A model generated the notes under the pieces. The model ran no database searches, was not told where the DNA came from, and saw only the letters and a list, made by a program, of their open reading frames with translations. The position numbers and the translations under genes were made by a program. Shown piece by piece: positions 26,822 through 40,699 of a stretch of 52,588 nt of DNA; the stretch's first letter is position 1, and each line of letters begins with the position of its first letter. Source of the stretch: Girardia tigrina (lineage: Eukaryota); assembly GCA_001938485.1 (NCBI GenBank), contig MQRK01254919.1:1-52588 (forward strand), given 5' to 3'.

Positions 26822-28077
26822 TATTAGGCCGTCAAGAATGAAATTTGTAGAACTAAAGTCAAATTTTATTGATAATTTACTAATACAAATATTTAAATCA
26901 TTCATCAAATTATGCATCCATATTATCGACACACTTTTGCCATTTGAGCGGCAGCTTGTTGAGGCGATTTGAATAAAAATTTGGAGGGTGAGAATCTATA
27001 ATTTGCTGGTAGGCCACTTCTATGGCATCTTTGGAATTGAATATTTTTCCTATCAAAAATGTGTTCAAAATTGAGAAATAAATGGTAGTCAGTTGCAGCC
27101 ATGTCTGGAGAGTATGGAGGACGATGCAGATGTTCCAACACAATTTCATGAAATAATATTATAGTCTTAATTGTACTATGAGGTTTTACATTATTGTAGA
27201 GCAAGATAAGAGTAAACATGTTTATCAATCGAAATGTTTTTCTTTGAATTTCTGCATCATATTTTACAAATGATTGTAATAGACATTTACTGTAATCGAT
27301 GAACCAGATTTTATGAAGTCATAATGGATTTCACCTGCAACAGATCCCCAAACACAGAGCATCAGCTTCTTTTGATGAATAATTCATTCGTGTTTACTCA
27401 GCGTGCTGAACGTTTGCGATTATTATATTTGATCTACTTTTCATCATAAAAGACGATTTGATTCAAAAATGATCACATTTATAACGAGACAGCATCACCA
27501 AGCAACCATCCAATAGCTTTCGTTTCTGCTATTTATTCAATTCATGTAGAATCCACTTATCCAACTTTTACTAATTTCAACCAAGTGATTCAAAATTGTT
27601 TACTCTATAATAGCAAACGTTAGCGATAAATCATTATAACTTTGTGATAGATCTAATTCCATGGTTACCTTCTAATCATCAGTGTCAACCTGCGTTCCTG
27701 GGCGACCCCCTAAATTCCTTATTGGTGGTAAAATTACCTTCCACAGATGTTCTGAACCAATTTTAGACTGTTTACTGCGTAGTATCATTGTATCCAAATA
27801 CACTATTGATGTTTTTCGTGGCTTCTGATGCTGAGGTTGCACGTAGAAACTCGTACATCATAATATTTCAAATTTATGCCTTTTAAAATTTTTTAAATAC
27901 TGATTATTAAAACAAATTAGCAATGATTTTAATTAATTTTTATTGATGTGTTCAATAGTTTAAATATATAGCAATCAATAAAAAAATTGAGCAACCAAAT
28001 GTTATGTGATTGTCAAATTATAACTATTTTAATTTATTGTAATCATGTCTAAAAATTTCCTACTTGACAACCAAATA
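26822..28077 (-). mobile_element. Mariner element, full span, degenerate
   Basis: Imperfect TIRs TATTAGGCCGTCAAG / CTTGACAACCAAATA about 1.26 kb apart. Motifs KWILHE, YNNVKPH, RPPYSPDMAATDYHLF and KWQKCVD. Confidence 0.9.
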
Positions 28078-30955
28078 TTAGAATTAAATAATAATTCGCT
28101 TGGCCGATTTTCCTTAACGGATATCGTTCTTTTCTCTCTTCATTTTGTTATTAATCATAATTTTGTTGTTTTCATTATAATAAATGAAACTACATTTTTA
28201 TTAATAATAGATTTACCAATTCACTGAACAAAAAGCGAAAATTGTACCTTGAATAATTTACCATTAACCTAATCCATGACTGAAGTCGATTCATGTTTCC
28301 AATATTTGATACAAAAAGAAGTAGTCTTTACATAAGCAAGTATCTGTTGTTCAATATTACATTAAATAAATTCTCGGAAAGCTAACATTAAAAAATAAAA
28401 GCATAATTTAGTAGGACCATTAAAATTTTCAAAAGGATAATAAAGCAATTATGTTAATATGTAACAAAAAGAAACGATTCCCGGTCAAATGAACGAAGTG
28501 TTCATCCATGTTTATTACCTCAATCAACATAGAATCCATTGTAATATTACAGAAACAGTTTTATAAAACAATTAAATGTTCAATAGTGTTTAAATATTGA
28601 ATAAAAAATTATTATAAAAAAGTGTGAAAGAATAATAAATACTCATACTTCTTCTGGTCAAGTACTTTCTCTTCAATCTTTATCTCGCCAATCCTTTCTT
28701 CAACTCCTTCATCCTCCTTCTAATGTAGAAATAGACTTTTTTTGATATAATTCTGAGACTTGATTCAGCTTTTTTCATACAAATTGTGAAAAAAACAACA
28801 TTTATAAAAGGTATTTATAACACTTTCACAAAGTTTTTGTTTCAAGACTATTTCTTAATATTGGTGCACATATAATAAACTTTAATCTATTATATCGTGG
28901 TCATATCTTTAGCGATCGTTTCGATATTGAGAACACATACAAATTGAAGGCTCAATTCAAAGAAGCTCCATTTCTTTAAATGTATAGTAAAAAAGTTTTA
29001 TAGTGTTTTACATTTCCCCTAAAAATAAATAATAAAAGCAATTATGTTGGGGTTCCAAAATATAAATTCAAATGTTTAATCAAAAAGTTTTGTAAAAAAA
29101 TTAATTAAAAATTATTCTCTGTTAAAAAATAAATAATTTTCGATTCGCATTATTTTAAAAAAATTTGTAGAATAATTATAAATATTTTGAGATTTGTTTT
29201 AGCTATTCAATTTCCAAGGTTATAAAAAACTAGTATATAAACAACTACAAAATCAGTCATACTCACACCATAATTTTCTATAAAATTTTATAAGAGGAAG
29301 AATTCGTATCGAAGAGAAGTAAATTTTGTTATTTAAATAATCTTTTCGTTTGTTTATTTTCAAAATCAACTACTGAACTTAGTATCCCATATTCGAGAAA
29401 AGGTTCATTTTGATTTTGTTTTAACGGTTATTGTTCGTTTAGAAGATTTATAGTTTCTATAATAATAAACTGTGATCTGACAAACTCGCATTGTTTAACC
29501 GTTTGTGAAAGTGTTTATTGTTATTATTGATTTGAATAACATAAAGCTGTGTGTCTTTTCTTTCGGTGCAAGCTCATCATACATAAACCGGACAATCGTG
29601 ATTCTGATATTGTAGCTCTTAGCCATGTTTTAACACGTCTCAATATGTTAAAACATCGTTCAACTGTACAACTCGTAAATTTTTTTGACTGATAGAAAAT
29701 AGTCACAATGTTCAAGAACGTCTATTAAAGTTGATGGAAAATTTCTTGATGGAGAAAAAATTGTTCATTTTTCGTACCATGTTGTAGCCTCGATTTGTAA
29801 ATTTATTATATTGTATTGTGCACCGAGTTTTTTTGCGTTTTTTAAAAATATCGTTTTATCTAATTTTATAATACATTTTGGATGAAATTGAAAAATTGAA
29901 ATTATGGTTTGGTTATCTTTAGAAAATCTTGACGTTGAAGAAGATATTAAAGAATTCAAATATGGTATAAATATTGATTGTCGAAAGTTTATTTCAGGAG
30001 TGTTTCCTGTACAATTATTTCTATATCTTTGCTTGGAACAACACCTGGCTATTTCAATATTGATGAATAATTTTGCAGCCAAATCGAATGATTCCTTAAA
30101 AATCTCTTGAGATTTTTCGTCAGAGTTTTCTCGATGCAATAAAAATATATTAATTAAATCCTGAACGTGTCGATGAGCACCTTGTAAATCTAATTGTACA
30201 GACTGAAGAGTCTGGGTTACTGGTTCCAAAATGGCTGAATATTTGGCTATTATTTTTAAACAAACGATAAACATTCCATTACTAGTCGCCGTTAAAAAAC
30301 GATAAGCTTCTTGGCTTGTTGAACCTGTCCAATTCGTTGACATTTCCTCTAGTTTATTAAAAATAAGCCCAAAATGTTTTGAGAAAATGGAAATACTTTT
30401 ATATTTTGATGTCCATCTTGTTTCTGAAAGAAGAGGAATTGTGGGAACAGTAGCTCTACGTTTTGAACTCTCTCTAAAAAATGTTATTATCGATTTTACT
30501 ATTCCAATTGTTTGACGGACTTCTGCGACAATGTTCAAATCATTAACTACTAGATTTAATCTATGAGAAGCGCAATGTACATAAGTAGCATTTGGATATC
30601 AATTTTTTATTTGCGCCGGAACACCAGCTTCCTTTCCGGTAATAGTTGCACAACTATCGTATCCTTGTTCAATCAATTTACTCATACCCAAACCATATCC
30701 CACACACTTGTTAAGAATTGCAGAACTGATGCTTTTAGCATCCATTTCGAAAAGCTTCAAAAAGCCATCAAATTCTTCACGAAAGTTTTTAGCTTCATCA
30801 ACAAATGGAACACCAAGTGAAAGCTGTTCTACCCCTGCAATATCAGCTGTTTCATCAGCTAAAATTGAAAACCCAATTGATTTATTGACTTCTGAAATGA
30901 TGGAATCTATCATTTCCAATTCACAAAATTCAATTAATTGATGTTCAGCTCTCAC

Positions 30956-31556
30956 AAAGGTTTAATCAAAAAGTTTGATCCCAAATACCATGAATCTAAA
31001 AATTATTTCCCAATCATATAAAATTCGTGATATGTTCAGTAATAAATCTCTCACTCCTCTCGGTTTGTGCTCCGATCTTGTTTATAAATATGCATGTAAT
31101 GGGTGTAACGCCACATACATTGGAGAGACATCTCGTAATCTCTGCAAACGGATCAAAGAGCATAGTCGGTTGGATAATGGGAGCAATATTGCCGAACATA
31201 ATTTAAAATGTAAAAAGAAAATCGGAGAAAATGATTTTCAAATTCTGTGTAATCGATTTAAAAATTACTAGGAGAGAGTAACGTATGAGGCCTTATTAAT
31301 AAGATCCATGGATCCAAAAATTAATATTCAAGCTTCACACTCTACTTCTCTGTTAAACATTTTCAAATTGAGCCTTTATTACATGATTGATTGCACAATC
31401 ACATTTCTCATATATAAGCTGCAAAAAGCCAGTGTTAATTTAGTCTGAAGATGGCGGGTAACCCGTCGCGATTAATTACAAAAATAAATTTTGAAAAATG
31501 GCGTTCACTTTTTAAAAATGAAGAATATCAATTGCCATTATTTTTTACATTCCTTA
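30956..31556 (+). mobile_element. 5'-truncated Penelope-like element (GIY-YIG endonuclease + 3' pLTR)
   Basis: LVYKYACNGCNATYIGETSRNLCKRIKEH...EALLIRSMDPKINIQ, with a TAG at 31269-31271 replacing Trp. The 3' end matches both arms of 45410-45930. Confidence 0.92.
31438..31485 (+). ncRNA. Hammerhead motif with a mutated GAAA box
   Basis: CTGAAGA (31445) T GGCGGG TAA CCCGTC GCGA TTAATT. The sister copies at 45.5 and 45.9 kb retain GAAA. Confidence 0.65.
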
Positions 31557-31941
31557 TTAAATTTTTAACTTAATTTTTTTTATTAAAATTAAATAGCTTT
31601 TAGTTAGCTTTTAGACTAAAATAACTTTTTTCTGAGACTATGGGAGATCGACATAGTACAATTAAAACGATAAATTATTCAAGTTTCCAGGGGGACAATT
31701 GCCCTCTTTGCCCCCTTTTGGGGACGCCCATGTATTAGGTTGTCCTGGTAAAATGCAAGAAAAATGAGACTCTTTCTTCAGATTGCAAACCTCAAAAGTT
31801 GTATAAGAGATAATAATCACAAGCCTTTTACTAACATGATCAAAGTGTAAAAAATGATCTTTTTAAATAACTTCTAATAGTATTACTGAAACTATTGGAA
31901 TTGTATCATGAACTATCATTAAAAATTTGTAATAATTGTAC

Positions 31942-33138
31942 TATTAGGTTGTCCTAAAAGTTCCCGGTCAAGAATGAAAAATATAATTTTTTGTACAAGA
32001 ATTTATTTTAAATAAATAGCAATTAATCTTCAAAGTACAGTCCATCGTTTTCGACTACTTTTTGCCAACGGTCTGCAATCTTTCAGATCAGGTCAAAGTA
32101 CCATTCCGGCTGCTTCGATTTGAAGAACTCTTGACATGCTTGTTCAACTTCATCGAATGCTTCGAATCGGTGGCCTTTCAAGAAGTGTTGCATGGATCGG
32201 AAGAGACCATAGTCGGATGGAGCGCAATCAGGGCTGTAAGCAGGATGCGGCAGGATTTCGATTCCATCAAACTCTTGGAACCTGCCCGTGGTCTTCTTGA
32301 CGGTATGCGGCTTGGCATTGTCTTGCTGAAGCAGTGTACATTTTCGGTTGATTAAGGCATGGTACTTCTCCTTGAGCTTTTCGTAGACACGGTACAGCTG
32401 TAGACAATAGAGCCCTGCATTGAAGGTCTGAACCAACTCAAAGTGCATGACTCCCTCAAAGTTGCAACACACACAACATGATTTTCAAGTATTTTTCTTG
32501 TTTTGGAACTGTCGCCGTTGCTTGTCACGGTGGCACATATCACTTGTCTCGGTTGTGGTTGACCAAGTAGACCAACTTCTCGTCCGACGTCACAATTCGT
32601 TTCCAAAATCGGTCACCTCGTGGATTCTATAGCAGTTGTCGGAAAATTTTGACTCTTTTATCGGTCTGTGCATTGGTGAGTTCGTGTGCACAAAGTCGAA
32701 GTGCTTCAAATGCCAATGTATGGTTAACTTGCCAACTCCAAGCTCAAATACCAAATCACAAGTGCTTGACGAAGGCTTCATGTCTAACTCTGCTTGCAAG
32801 TCATCGTTGTCCATTTTGTTGGTCGTCCAGAACGAGGACTGTCATTCAAGTCAAATTTGTATTTATTGAAAAGCTTGAACCAATCAATTGCCATACTTTT
32901 TCCGACCGTTTGTGTACATTCAACTTTGCAAATTGCCTTAGCAGCATCTCGTGTTATCAAGCCTTTCTTCCAATAGTGATGCAGCAACACACGGATTTCA
33001 AGCTCTGTAATCTTATAGTCCATATAATGCTATAAATAAATCTATGTATATTAATATCAAATAAATAATGCCAAAAAGAAATTTGAAAAAAATTGTATTT
33101 TCTTTTTTTTGACCGGCAACTTTTAGGACAACCTAATA
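31942..33138 (-). mobile_element. Mariner element, full span, frameshifted transposase
   Basis: TIRs TATTAGGTTGTCCTAAAAGTT(C/G)CCGGTCAA at both ends. Motifs RSGRP, IVTSDEKL, LQQDNAKPH and HPAYSPDCAPSDYGLF. Confidence 0.95.
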
Positions 33139-33226
33139 TGTTTCCAACAAGAATGATTATTGTAGTAGCCTATAGTCTCACTCATACACCCGTTTACATT
33201 CTATTAGGACCTTTTACATTCATTAA

Positions 33227-33228
<2 letters not shown>

Positions 33229-33289
<61 letters not shown>

Positions 33290-33344
33290 AACGANNNNNN
33301 NNNNNNNNNNNNNNNNNNNNNNNNNNNNNNNNNNNNNNNNNNNN

Positions 33345-33388
<44 letters not shown>
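33229..33388. repeat. (TA)n microsatellite spanning a small gap
   Basis: TA runs lie on both sides of Ns 33295-33344. Other TA runs occur near 13097, 38945, 39008, 50315 and 51663. Confidence 0.95.
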
Positions 33389-33391
<3 letters not shown>

Positions 33392-33689
33392 ATAAAAAAA
33401 ATAAAAAAAATACACAAAGCATACACATATACACACAAACAAATTAAAAAAACATACCTCATACAAACAATTTTTTTACATTCCTTAAGGGCATTTAACG
33501 TTTTAATAGGGAAAATTAAAATTATAATATACAAATATTTTTAATTTTTTCTAAAAAACCATAAATAAATTTATGGATATTTATCACTGGAACATCATCA
33601 GTCCTCCAAGGAAAAGCAAAATAAACATGAACGATAAATAATAATAATATAAACGAATAATAATAATAATAATAATAAATAAACGAACT

Positions 33690-34200
33690 CTGGACTGTGC
33701 AATTTAGCCAAAATTCTATCTTCAGAACAATTTGACACCATGATCGTTTGTCTGTGTCTCCTCTGTTTGTTACTTTCATGTCTCTTACTGTTCGAATGAT
33801 TCTTTCTGTAAGCCCTTTTGATTGATGTTCAAACGGGTCACTAAACATTTCTTCAATTCTTTATCTCTGGCAAAATTCTTTAAATATTCCGATAGTAGAG
33901 CATTTTCCATTATCCGTTAATATCGTTTTTGGCTTTCCATATCTATATATCCGTTTGACCAACACGCATTGAACTATAGTCTCTTCCATTTGAGCTCTAA
34001 TTTCTTGTAAACAGACCAATTTTGAAAACACTGGTCCACCATAACCAATAAATATGGATAGATGCTATTCTTGTCACCCACATATGCGATATTTATCACG
34101 ACTTGCTCTAAAACCTCGTCATTTCTTTTTGGAATCAGCTTTTCCTTTGTTTCTTCGCTTGAAATCTTTCTGTACACGTATTCCTGACATTCTCTGATAA
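33690..34200 (-). mobile_element. Gypsy integrase core remnant
   Basis: YLLVMVDQ, KPKTILTDNGK, FKEFC and HQSKGLTERIIRTVR (rve DDE core), with stops and frameshifts. Confidence 0.8.
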
Positions 34201-34302
34201 CAATTTTATTGTTATAACAAATATTATTTATGACATTAAATATGGATCGTTAAATTATGAGTAATTTTTGTTTGTTTAAATGGTTTTTTAAGACTTTGTG
34301 TA

Positions 34303-34802
34303 TATTAAGAACATTTAGACAAGTCTCGTTTGAATTTTTATTACAATCACATTTAGAGTCATTATGACTCTCAGAAAGTCTTTCATCATTTGTCATCGTT
34401 ATAATTGGTTTTCTTATTTCTATTTTTAATCATGACTATTCGAACAATTTTTCTAAGTCATTTTTAAAATATTTAACTTCTAAAAATTATTAATTAAAAA
34501 TAATAATTTTAACCATTTCTCAATAAATCCCAAAATAATAAAAATGTCATCAAATTATTAAAAATGCATTTAATTTAAATTTTACTAAAAAATATTAAAC
34601 TTAATTTTAATTGTTAAATTAAAAATATGAACTTATAAAATGATTATTTTAATTATGTTCGAATAGTCAATGACTTTAAACTTAATAAAAAATACCAATT
34701 TTTATCCGGGTGGGAGAATCACCATTCTAAATTCAACATACTTAAATCAACATACATCATCCATACATTTACACATTCAAACAATTTAAAATATTCCTCA
34801 CA
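34303..34802 (-). mobile_element. Solo LTR, copy 3
   Basis: Reverse complement of copy 2, with a 5-bp TSD GTGTA (34298-34302, 34803-34807). Ends are TG..TA. Confidence 0.85.
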
Positions 34803-36131
34803 GTGTACATTGTGAATTGTTTGTAATTTATTTGATATACGTGACTAATTTATTGAATTGTAATTTGAATTGACGAATTACTTGGATGCCAAAAATTAGT
34901 CAGAATTAACAAACTGATTATTTACTATAATTTTGATTCATCAATAACAAATAAAAACGGAAATAAGGTTCAAGCAAAATCAACTGAAGATTTTATATAG
35001 AACTTTCTAAACAATTTCCGTTGGAGTTTCAAATTTATCAATTTAACAAAACTGAGATCTCTCGTCATTTGTGACAATATCAAAGAGTTCTTGCCTAATA
35101 TGTGATCATCGATTGAATTGTGAAAGTGAAGTAAACATTTAGGTCGATTGAATATGTCTAGGATAAAATTCTTTGCTCTTTACAACATTAATTTGCTGAG
35201 TTTAAATAGCGTCCAACAGATTCCAAAGAATAAAATAAAAATGAAAACATTAGAATTAATTGATTTAGATTTAAACGAAAAAAATAATCAGTTAGGCTCT
35301 ATTCTTTAAAAAGAGTCAGGTACTTAAAAATAGAAATTGTACCTGTTAGTCGCGTGTATGCCATTTTCATTATCAGCAAGTTCACAATTTATATTCAACA
35401 CAAAAAATTATTAATATAACAAAAATCGATTTTAAAATAAATTTTTGTTAACAAAATTTTTTATTTCACTAAATCCTTAATTAATTTCGTTTAAGTTATT
35501 ATTCTAAATTTTATCCTAATTTTAAATTTATCTATTTAATTTATTATATTCGATAACATTTTTTGAAATTTTATTTAATCAAACTTGATATTATTTTTTA
35601 AAATTTCTTTATAAAAATATTCAACTTAATTTTAGTTTCTTTAAAATTAATTTCGTAGTAGTATTTTATTATATATTTACATTATAAATTTTATACCTTT
35701 TATTATTTATTCTAAAATTCTTATTTTAAAAACTTTTATTAATTACTTTCCTATTAAAATATAAGGAGTTTATTTAATGTAAGCTTTTTAGAATTTAAAC
35801 TCTGTTTTTTGTTTTTTTTATAATTATTTAGTTTTTTAAAATTTTAAATTAAATTATTTGGCGTATTGAAAATTTTAACTAACTCATATTACCACACAAG
35901 TAAGATTAAGTAAATTCAATTTTTTCTCTCTTAAGCATTGACATAAGAATATAATAAAATATTTAATATTGCACAAATTAAAAAAAACATTTGTAATATA
36001 ATATATTTTTGTATAAGTAAATAAATTATATAAAATCTCGAATCGAATATATATTTATATCATACAAAGAATAATCAAAAATATTGAAATCAGAGTAGGT
36101 TAATCAACAAATTTTCGACCAGAAAGATCAG

Positions 36132-36573
36132 TGTGAGGGATAATTTGGAATGTTGTAAGTTTGTTGGTTGTATGCTGTTTAGATTGGTGACTCTACTACT
36201 CAGATGGGATTGATATGTTTATTGATTGATTATTTAAATCTAATGATATAAATTTTAAGTACGAATTAAAGTTTTATAATTATGAATTTTAATAATATTT
36301 TTAGTAAACGATTTTAACGTATTAAATTTAATATATTTTAAAAATTAATGTTCATTTAATAAATTACCTAATGCCTTTTTATCCAATAAAATTTAAGAAA
36401 TTAAAAATTAATATTAAAAATTTCCCATTCATTGTTTTTTTAGATATGAATATATCAGAGACTATATCAATCAAAGAAAGATGCTCTCTAAAAATTGTTG
36501 AGAAGAATCTGTTTGTGTTGTCAATAAATGTTTGCATTCAAATTGTGATGCTAATAATATTGATTTTTACGTG
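36132..36573 (+). mobile_element. Diverged relative of the solo LTR family
   Basis: Starts TGTGAGGGATA and has a similar GTATG...TTAGA(T)TGGTGA.TCT..CAGATGG block. The right end is uncertain (flanks ATCAG/ACCAG). Confidence 0.45.
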
Positions 36574-37917
36574 ACCAGGTAAAAAAAGTAGAAAGTTTAA
36601 AATTTTAAAGAATACGTGGCGATTTTTGGTCTAAAAAAGAAAGAAAATTAAATAATGAATTATTGTGATTAAATGGGAGTCAGAGTTTTGTGATGAATTT
36701 TGGTGTCGAGAATTGTAAATTGTAATTCCGGATATTTGATATTGTGATTTCAGTTGAATCGATAAATTTAATTAAACTTTGTTTTTCGCAATTTGTGAAG
36801 TTGTCAGTAATGTTTTTGTTCGTGAATAAAAAATGATAGAAATTGTTTTATCAATTTTTATAGAAATTGAATAAAATTAAATTAAATGTTTGTTGTTTTA
36901 ATAAAAGAAATAAGACCGTTGATATTTTTGTCTCAAATGTTTGCTGTTGTGTTACCGTTAGGCTGACTTGAGATAAAGCTCGTCAGCGATGCCGTCACCA
37001 TTTTGTTTTTTTCGAATCGAGAACCCATAAGTGCGAATAAACTTCCAAGAGAGTTACAAATCGATTTTTTCGTCGTATTATGGCGATTATGTGAAGATAA
37101 TTGACGATTTTGTGTTCGATTGTGACAATAACAGCAAAGATAACGATAAAATCCATTTTTTGTGTAAAAACGCTTTATCTAGACATTTTAGCGGGGTCTC
37201 TGTTATTATTGATGTGGTAGAAAGTTTTTATGATTTGCGACCAGAAGAATGTTCGACTGTCACGAGTTTCGGTCGTCTCGGGGAATGAGATCACTCTGGG
37301 GGAACGAGAAAAGACAGATATTTTTCTTTTCCATTGTTCCCTAAAGTAGGGACAGATAGGCGCAGTGATAGAGAGTCGCAACAGTCCAGCGCAAACCATT
37401 TTGTGATCATATATATAAAAAATATTTTTTTATTTGTCCTAAATAATAAAAAATCAAAGTTTCTATTTATTTTATGGTAAAAATTTGGCAACACGCTTCA
37501 AATTCAAAAGTATTATAAAATCTTCTTTAGTCCTGGAAGAGTTATAAATCAGAATTATATATTTTATGAATTAAATGAAATACCAATATTTATTGTTTTT
37601 GAGATACGACATACGATATTCCAAAACGGCTCTAATTTATGGATGTAATTATTGAGCAGCCAGCGCGGAGCTTCGACAGACTCTGTGAAAGAAGCCATAT
37701 TTGCGGTATATTCAATATATGTTAATTTGCAACAGTCGTTTTTCTTCATTTTGAAACTTAAATAATATTTTAAAGATATTTAATGCAAAATAATATAATA
37801 AATAAATTACGAAGAACAAATTAGAAATATTTTTTTTATTTAATTCATTTGAGAAGTTTTTCTAATGTTTTATATATTTATTTTTTATTTAACTATTAAT
37901 AGATTACAAATTAACTA

Positions 37918-38255
37918 TATTAAGGATATTAACAGACGAAGTCGTATTACAAGATTTATTACGACTAAAATGATCTGTAATCAGCATCTGGGGCATGACT
38001 TGTTTCTTCAATTGATTTTTCAAAAAATTTGCCAAAATCTGCAAAGATTAAAACAATTGTATTTTTAATTAATTGTTAAATAACAATTAATTTATTATAC
38101 AATTAGTAATATAANTTTTTAAATTCGACAATAATTGACTTCAATTGTCTAGGGAGAGATGCCATGCTTCAAACACCAACCAGTCTCAAACATACTATAA
38201 AACTCATTCAACAATCACTCAACATCATTCAAACATCATTCCAATATCCCTCACA
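37918..38255 (-). mobile_element. Short related solo LTR
   Basis: Minus strand starts TGTGAGGGATATT and ends CCTTAATA. 5-bp TSD AACTA (37913-37917, 38256-38260). Confidence 0.65.
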
Positions 38256-38399
38256 AACTAATTACACAACTTAATTGCATATAAATTAACATTTTAAAAG
38301 GTAATTTATTAAACAAACAATTATTATAGTTTGAAATGGTATGTGATATGACTAATGAATATGGGGTCTACTATTGAAAAAATAATAAAGTAAAATTTA

Positions 38400-38940
38400 C
38401 TTTCAATCGCAAACAAGTTATAAATGCATCATTTCTTCAAGACATTTCCACTACACCAAAGGGTTCTAAAGGCTGATGGTTGTAAGATCTGATGGCTGTT
38501 GGATAAAAAAACCTTTTAGACTGTATTCTTCCAATCAATTTTTGTAACTTAAGATGGCCAAAGAAATAATAATCAGATAAAGATTCATCAAAGCTGTTAA
38601 AAGGGTAATGAGTAAAGTGACCATATCTAAGTGATGAAATTGACAGCTCACTGATGTGAATGGGTACATTGTCGTGCAAATAGCACAAGTTGCAACCTCT
38701 AATCTTTCATCTGTGTCGTGGTCTGTAATAATAGCTTTGAGCAGAAGTCAGTGTTGACATAAACGCTAGTCACAACAAAGTAATTGGCAATCATGACCGT
38801 ACATCCAAAAGAGACATGAGCACGACAGCTGTTTTGTAAAATGTTGATGACCCCGTGTTTCTAGAAGAACCTTACCTCAGTAGCTTCTTTTCTTGTGGGT
38901 TCTAGGTGCTTTGACCACAGAGGGTTTGACCATAATTGTT
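38400..38940 (-). mobile_element. Old mariner remnant
   Basis: YLHDNVPIH and YPFNSFDESLSDYYFFGHLK are degenerate versions of HDNARPH and HPPYSPDLAPSDY.LF. Confidence 0.6.
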
Positions 38941-39084
38941 AAGAATATATATATATATATATATATATATCTGTGAAAACAAAGAACTAAAAATAAGTAT
39001 TCTATGTATATATATATATATATATATATAGGAAAAATTTTAAAAATAGAATATTTTTATTGTTTATTTAAAAAATAGAATACT

Positions 39085-40175
39085 TTGTATGCGAGAAAGT
39101 TTAATGAAATACAATCCAAAGCTGTAAAGTTCATCGAACAAATCAATTTGCAGACAGAACATGGTGTTAGTTTAAGTCTTACTGCAAATGATAGACACCG
39201 ACCCCATCGTGTACCAAAGAAATTCAATTATGAAACAGATGACGAAAATGAATACACATTTTCTGCAAACCGGAAATTTGAAATTGACAATGCAATTACA
39301 CAAGTCCCGTCAAGATTTTCTGCCAACAAGGATCTGTATGTGGAGATAAGCCTTTTGAATCCGAACAAGTTTGATAGCATCCAAAATTATCTGAAAGAAA
39401 ATCCGTCACTTCTTTTAAAATTGACAGGCATGGCAAATGTAAATGTGCGTGATTTGCGTGATGAATTGATCTCGTTTGCTCTCAACTACCGTGATATACA
39501 GTCCACCAATTTCCTTCAAACTGAAATTTCTGTTAATGAGGCTAGCAGTCCATTGAATTTTGCTGAAAAAAATCGAGTATACTCAAGATATATGCTTGAA
39601 AAGTAACATTCTTTGTCAGAACTGTCTTGTATGTGCTTTCAAAGCTTTCCATTTCCATAATTTATTTGTTTCCTCCTACACAAATTTGTACATTGTGTAT
39701 AAGACTGTCATGACACTCAGCTGTACACAGGTCAGTTGTGAATGCTCATTTAGTAAAATGAAAATAATAAAAACGATTGGACAACCACACCTAGAAGCAC
39801 TAATATTGATTGCTTTAGAAGAGAAGAATTTCCCCATAGATCATGATGTCATCATAGACAACCTTGCAGAAAGTTCTAACGAATTAAATGTACTAACATA
39901 TTCTCCTGTTTATTTCTGTCTATTACTTGCTCCACATACTGTATATGTTGTTTCCTCGTGTTAAATGAGCCTTTCTAATCATTTTCTTTTTAATGGGTAT
40001 TCAAATGATATTACAATGTTGGTGTATAACTACCATAGTGTGCCCAAAAGTCATTTTTCATGTAAATTTAACATAGAGGTAAAATTTGTTTAGAAAGAAT
40101 TCGTGACCCTGCTTGCAATTACGGGCTCCTGAGGTATATCAGCAATCCTGAGAATAAGTAGCCAGTCCGCCAGTG
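39085..40175 (+). mobile_element. hAT transposon 3' half
   Basis: LSCTQVSCECSFSKMKIIK is the hAT dimerisation motif. A right terminus GCCAGTCCGCCAGTG lies at 40161-40175. Confidence 0.8.
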
Positions 40176-40699
40176 TTTATAAGGTTTATGAATACAATAC
40201 AGACAAACAAAATCTAATTTCATTTCACTTTTTTAAAAATAATGATAATTCATATAAATTCATAAAAGTTTCAGTGAAAAATAAATGCGAAGAAACGGAA
40301 AGCTGATAAAGAAAAAAAAGAATCAAAAAATAATTTCAGTAAAAAAATTGTTTTTAAAACACGCTTACTTATTTTATTCAATTCATCGACTAAAGACAAT
40401 TTTCATTCTTACTAATCACTTTCAACACATACATCCAAGCACAAATGCACATTCGTGCGCACACACATTCGTGCACACACACATCACACGGAAACTAAGA
40501 CTAAACTAACCGAAATTATTCAATTATTATTGAATCAGTCTCTTTCAATGAAAACCAAATACATGAAAAGAAATTTTTAAATAATTTCATATTAAATAGA
40601 AGTTATTTGGAAAAATAAATAAATAATATAAATCCATTAAATATGTTTAAATTTATTTTCAACTTTTTATCTTGATTTCAATTTACATAAAAGTTACCG

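Larger units (their letters stand above)
29520..31732 (-). mobile_element. hAT transposon relic (ZMYM1/THAP12-like transposase) with a PLE inserted
   Basis: FSILADETADIAGVEQLSL, QGYD, YVHCASHRLNLVVN, LSETRW and the dimerisation motif CTVERCFNILRRVKTWLR. A 5' terminus-like CATGGGCGTCCCC..GGGGGCAA ends at 31732. Confidence 0.85.

Noticed and set aside
28647-28720. Candidate minus-strand exon AG|KEDEGVEERIGEIKIEEKVLDQK|GTATGA
   Set aside because: No partner exons were found, and the flanks look like very decayed integrase sequence.
33690-34802. LTR copy 3 plus the adjacent integrase as one element
   Set aside because: The LTR has its own TSD (GTGTA) on both sides, so it is a solo insertion.
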